From positions 1-38,403 of IMG/VR virus record IMGVR_UViG_3300030372_000592: 38,403 nucleotides of DNA; one strand, given 5' to 3'. Positions within the stretch are counted from its first letter, which is position 1, and every line of letters starts with the position of its first letter. Shown here piece by piece: positions 34,998 to 38,403 of the stretch. Position numbers and translations under genes: made by a program. The DNA comes from a virus. Its lineage: Duplodnaviria; Caudoviricetes. Under the pieces are notes generated by a model. It was not told the origin of the DNA, searched no databases, and was given only the letters and a program-made list of their open reading frames with translations.

Positions 34998-35051
34998 AGA
35001 GGGGTGGAAAAAAGGAATGTCATGTAACTACAATAAAAACACCACCCCTCT
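34998..35051. other. 10-bp inverted repeat with 34-nt loop downstream of ssb
   Basis: AGAGGGGTGG (34998-35007) / CCACCCCTCT (35042-35051). Confidence 0.7.
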
Positions 35052-35062
35052 TACTCAACTAA

Positions 35063-35635
35063 TTAAAACGGCAGCTCTTCTTTCTTAGGAGCTTGACCCT
35101 CCCATACAAAGATAGCTTTAGCTTTTGGTGTGACCATAGCATCGCCCTCTCTAGAAGTCCAATGTTCGTGGACAATTTCTAGTATAACAGCTTTGCCACT
35201 AACGTCACTCTCATTGATATGTGGAAGGAAGTAGCGACCTTCTTCATCCTCTTCAGTCTCAATAGAGAATGAATTTAATAATTCCATATAGGATTTATTA
35301 GACGCTGTATTCATCTCTAAACCATCATGTAGAGAATTACTTGGGTCTGGCTTCTTAAATCTAAAGAAACCTTTAGAGCGTACTGTTTTGCCAGCATACC
35401 CACCTTTGTCTACGGCTTTACCATCTATTTCTACACTCTCTCCTTTGTTATCTTCTGCTAGTTCGAACTCGATATCGAATACATCTGCTACGTATTTGTC
35501 TCTTACAATCACCTCCCTCTCAGACAGTTTAGTAGCGTATGCTTTAAACATACCCTCTGGAACTATAGATGGAACATCTTTAGATGGGTCGTAATATGCC
35601 TCATTACTTCCCATTATAGAGTTTACATCACTCAT
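35063..35635 (-). CDS. Single-stranded DNA-binding protein (phage type)
   Basis: OB-fold-like beta pattern, acidic, C-terminal EELPF; follows Sak; SD AAGGAG. Confidence 0.75.
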   Translation of the reverse strand: MSDVNSIMGSNEAYYDPSKDVPSIVPEGMFKAYATKLSEREVIVRDKYVADVFDIEFELAEDNKGESVEIDGKAVDKGGYAGKTVRSKGFFRFKKPDPSNSLHDGLEMNTASNKSYMELLNSFSIETEEDEEGRYFLPHINESDVSGKAVILEIVHEHWTSREGDAMVTPKAKAIFVWEGQAPKKEELPF

Positions 35636-36197
35636 TATCATTCTCCTTCTTACTAATTGCGAGATTCTCTAGGGCAGACATTGTCTTATCTAGATTACTC
35701 TTGTTTATATTTCCAACTTCTAAAGCCTTTCTAACTCTCTCTAATTCTTCTTTACCTATCTTATCAGCTAGATTGAGTAGCTCTGATACATCGTTACTTG
35801 ACAAAGAGTTATCAGGCAAATCTTCTCCTGCAAATATATATAGACCAAGACCATGTAGAGCGATAGCTTTAGCTAAACATCTTTGTATAGATGTATTTAT
35901 TTCAAAAGCATTAGGCTCTTTGATAGGTTGGTTTCTATTGTCTAGTACAGGGTGTACTTGCTCTCTTGTTATACCATCAACTGTTAGAGAGACTTTGACA
36001 AAACATCCAGCTTGTGTTTGCATATACGGCTGCTTATTGCCTTCAATTCCCCACTCGTGGACTACCCACGTAGAGTCTGGAGCAATTCTCAGTAACTCTC
36101 TTACTGCCCATGCCCAACTGAGATAAGTAAACCTACCTTTTTTCTCAGCTTTCTTTGAGACATCTACGCTATCTAGTTTCTCAAATACACTATTCAA
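35628..36197 (-). CDS. sak: Sak / Rad52-like single-strand annealing protein (DUF1071)
   Basis: YLSWAWA, PVLDNRN, INTSIQRCLAKAIALHGLGLYIFAGEDLP. Confidence 0.92.
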   Translation of the reverse strand: MNSVFEKLDSVDVSKKAEKKGRFTYLSWAWAVRELLRIAPDSTWVVHEWGIEGNKQPYMQTQAGCFVKVSLTVDGITREQVHPVLDNRNQPIKEPNAFEINTSIQRCLAKAIALHGLGLYIFAGEDLPDNSLSSNDVSELLNLADKIGKEELERVRKALEVGNINKSNLDKTMSALENLAISKKENDNE

Positions 36198-37091
36198 TTA
36201 ATCATCTCCTTCTATTGTGTATGGTGATATATGTGGACAGAACTCTCGTACAGGACAAAATCTCTCGCACTTTATACCTCCCCATGTTTCAGAATCGCTA
36301 CATTTATCAGGAATCTCTCTTGATTCTAGAGCTTCCAATAGCAAGTCTCTTTTACTTGTAAATTTTTCTTTTAGGTGGTCGTCGTGTATATACGGAATTT
36401 CTATTAGATATATATTTCTATCTATTCCTCTGTCTCGTGACGCTGCTACTCCTCCATCTCTGACTATCATCTGCACATACATCTTATCTACTTGCCTACC
36501 CTGAGACTGCAGCATTAGTCTATACATATTAATTTGCCATGACCAATCTCCTAGCTCAGCCTTCTCTGGATTTCTCCAGTATCTCTTCACTTTCTTTGGC
36601 TCTCCCTTCTTTCCCCATCTACCACTTCTCTTGTATACTTCTCCCGTTGGGTCATCTGCCAAGTAAAAGTCTAGACCTAAAACCTTAGACGCTTTGTAAG
36701 AGCCTGTGCTTTTATAGTCTACTAAATTTTTTGTCTTGCTGTCGTACAAGTCTACAATTCCTGTTATATCCCAAAGCTCTAGCTCTTGCTCAGCATCACT
36801 CTCTTCTGCATTTACTTCTAGAGATTTATGATGTGTAGTACCTAGTAATGCAAACGCTTGCTCTTGTGGGTCTATATAATAATCTCTAGTTCTTTCTAGA
36901 TATGCCTGACAAGTTCCATTTAAGAGTTCTGTAACGCTAGGCTTCCTATCAGACTCTCTGACCTTCGCCATCTCTTTTAATGCAGGAGTATATATTCCCA
37001 TTCTCTCTACATCTAGTTTGTTCTCTATGCCTAGAATATCCTCGAATAATATCTTGTCTCCTTCAGGGTATTTAAATCCTATCGCTGGCAT
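36198..37091 (-). CDS. Cas4-like PD-(D/E)XK exonuclease
   Basis: PSVTELL..C, GT.HH, GIVD, VDYKS, QINMY, C-terminal C...C..FC....C. Confidence 0.85.
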   Translation of the reverse strand: MPAIGFKYPEGDKILFEDILGIENKLDVERMGIYTPALKEMAKVRESDRKPSVTELLNGTCQAYLERTRDYYIDPQEQAFALLGTTHHKSLEVNAEESDAEQELELWDITGIVDLYDSKTKNLVDYKSTGSYKASKVLGLDFYLADDPTGEVYKRSGRWGKKGEPKKVKRYWRNPEKAELGDWSWQINMYRLMLQSQGRQVDKMYVQMIVRDGGVAASRDRGIDRNIYLIEIPYIHDDHLKEKFTSKRDLLLEALESREIPDKCSDSETWGGIKCERFCPVREFCPHISPYTIEGDD

Positions 37092-37118
37092 ATATTTTCC
37101 TTTCTATTTCCATCCTCT

Positions 37119-37147
37119 AATATACAATTTATAAAATTGTGTGTCAA
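37119..37147 (-). promoter_or_regulatory. sigma70-type promoter for the recombination/replication operon
   Basis: TTGACA(37147-37142)-17 nt-TATATT(37124-37119); SD AAAGGA then ATG 37091. Confidence 0.85.
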
Positions 37148-37148
37148 G

Positions 37149-37304
37149 TTATTTATCTTTTTTCTGCATATCTTCAAGAGTCTGTATTAACATTCTAAGA
37201 GCTAGTTTTTCACCTCTATTTTCACGACTATAAACTTTATCATCACCTTGCTCATCAATAATATTTTTGGCAATCTCTTTAATTAATTCTAAAGTTATCT
37301 CCAT
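37149..37304 (-). CDS. 51 aa hypothetical protein (not in ORF track)
   Basis: SD GAGGT; MEITLELIKEIAKNIIDEQGDDKVYSRENRGEKLALRMLIQTLEDMQKKDK. Confidence 0.7.
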   Translation of the reverse strand: MEITLELIKEIAKNIIDEQGDDKVYSRENRGEKLALRMLIQTLEDMQKKDK

Positions 37305-37333
37305 TACTCTACCTCACTTTCTTTATATTTTAC

Positions 37334-37362
37334 TTGACAATCTACCGATTTTCACTTATATT
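37334..37362 (+). promoter_or_regulatory. sigma70-type promoter, antisense to neighbouring genes
   Basis: TTGACA(37334-37339)-17 nt-TATATT(37357-37362); inverted twin of the 1220-1248 promoter. Confidence 0.75.
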
Positions 37363-37401
37363 GTAAGTACGTGGTCGGCTAGATATACTATACTATTCTA
37401 A

Positions 37402-37599
37402 CTATTCTACATCAACGTAGTTTATAGTAACAGGCATCGAGATACTAATTCTTTTACCATTCGGTGTTATTCTATCAGTATCGAATTCTATAATCCAATT
37501 ATGAATTTCGCTCTCAGTAATTTTTACGCTTCTAATCTCGTTTACTTCATACTGAGATAGTATAGTTGATATAGCTCTGTGTAAGTTGCTATCATTCAT
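37402..37599 (-). CDS. Hypothetical protein
   Basis: SD GAGGT; 65 aa. Confidence 0.7.
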   Translation of the reverse strand: MNDSNLHRAISTILSQYEVNEIRSVKITESEIHNWIIEFDTDRITPNGKRISISMPVTINYVDVE

Positions 37600-37620
37600 G
37601 TAGTACCTCTTTCTATTATT

Positions 37621-38403
37621 TTAAATGCTTGTAGTAGTCTCGATATGAGGAGATTCTATCTCAAAAAATCCTATCATATCATAATCCTCTTGGATGGAGG
37701 AATCATAGAATTTTCTAATTCTATTATGTATATATGCTCTCACAAGTATATGTAAATCTAGAATCACTCCCATCTCGTAGATATTGCAGTACCTATCCTT
37801 AGGGTCTCTGTTCATCATAGTTTTCCATATTTTCATAAGCTGCTTAGCTCTAGAGAGAGACATACTCTGTCCTGACACCTGTTTTCTTTCTACTAGATTG
37901 TGTAAATCTAGACCTGCCTTAACAATAGACTGACAAATCTCTATCCAATTTATTATCTTTTCAGGGTTAAGAGTTCCAGAGTGATGCCTAAACTCTATCG
38001 AGCCATGTATTACTCTGGAGTGCATATTGACTCCACAATATCTAGAGTCGTTGTACTTCTCCATACTAGGGCTAGTTCCATGAGAGCGATACCATGCGTC
38101 TATAAAATCTTCTTCGTCGTGTATTCTGAGTATCTTTTCTATGGACATAGGTATACGCTTTGCCCATCTAGTATTACCTCTGGAGGGAGGCATCATCTTG
38201 TAGATAACAGGTTCGCATAGTTTGGCAACTGCTAGTATGTATGCAAGTTGTCTTGCACGTAAGTCTCTGGCATCTATATGAACATGGAGACCACAAGACT
38301 TGTTTACATACCAACCTCGATTTGCAAGTATGCTAGTGATATTATTAATTGATAGATATAATTCATCTCCACTAAGACCACCTCTAGTTACAAACTCTCT
38401 ACC
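37621..38403 (-). CDS. Putative amidoligase (COOH-NH2 ligase), 5'-truncated by the window edge
   Basis: Frame open to 38403: GREFVT, NKSCGLHVHID, RY.GVN, SIEFRHHSGTLN.EKI.NW. Confidence 0.88.
   Translation of the reverse strand, partial: GREFVTRGGLSGDELYLSINNITSILANRGWYVNKSCGLHVHIDARDLRARQLAYILAVAKLCEPVIYKMMPPSRGNTRWAKRIPMSIEKILRIHDEEDFIDAWYRSHGTSPSMEKYNDSRYCGVNMHSRVIHGSIEFRHHSGTLNPEKIINWIEICQSIVKAGLDLHNLVERKQVSGQSMSLSRAKQLMKIWKTMMNRDPKDRYCNIYEMGVILDLHILVRAYIHNRIRKFYDSSIQEDYDMIGFFEIESPHIETTTSI

Larger units (their letters stand above)
1..38403. mobile_element. Tailed dsDNA bacteriophage genome (podovirus-like), partial at least at the right end
   Basis: Terminase-portal-scaffold-capsid-tail-lysis operon on +, replication/recombination operon on -; dense overlapping genes; no tape measure or sheath recognised; no host flanks. 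Confidence 0.96.

Noticed and set aside
36198-37091. CRISPR-Cas system suggested by the Cas4-like gene
   Set aside because: No repeat-spacer array or other cas gene seen; context is phage recombination
340-38220. Many ORF-track entries antisense or out of frame to strong genes (e.g. 340-522, 659-904, 3071-3391, 11829-12221, 15257-15706, 19001-19254, 35701-36126, 37981-38220)
   Set aside because: They shadow well-supported genes, lack SD or motifs and break operon orientation
1-38403. Stop-codon reassignment
   Set aside because: TAA, TAG and TGA all end genes at sensible junctions and long ORFs are intact in code 11
1-38403. tRNA, rRNA, integrase, intron or intein
   Set aside because: No cloverleaf or T-loop motif in the few intergenic gaps; TerL and DnaB are normal length; no recombinase motif. 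Checked by eye only

Overview
This window is most of the genome of an AT-rich tailed dsDNA bacteriophage with podovirus-type (P22/T7-like) morphogenesis genes; no cellular flanking DNA or integrase is seen. The + strand (about 1.3-30.9 kb) carries DUF1599, an RNase H-fold exonuclease, TerS, a gamma-glutamylcyclotransferase, TerL, portal, scaffold, major capsid, neck and tail proteins, an S74-chaperone tail fibre, a membrane-protein-rich lysis region with an M15 endolysin, a nozzle-like protein, probable ejection proteins and a cluster of very basic peptides. The - strand (38.4 to 31.0 kb) carries an amidoligase (cut by the window edge), a Cas4-like nuclease, a Sak annealase, SSB, a Holliday junction resolvase, DnaB helicase and an HExxH peptidase. 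Reading outside the ORF track reveals: (1) a hidden ribosomal protein bS21 gene; (2) apparent non-canonical ATA and ATT starts for TerL and portal; (3) a repeated TTG(A/C)NN-N17-TA(T/A)(A/T)(T/A)T promoter, three copies placed to give leaderless mRNAs; (4) twin inverted promoter plus AT-rich repeat elements near the two ends; (5) apparent GATC avoidance; (6) several structured intergenic RNA candidates. Family assignments come from recognised motifs and synteny; no database search was run.
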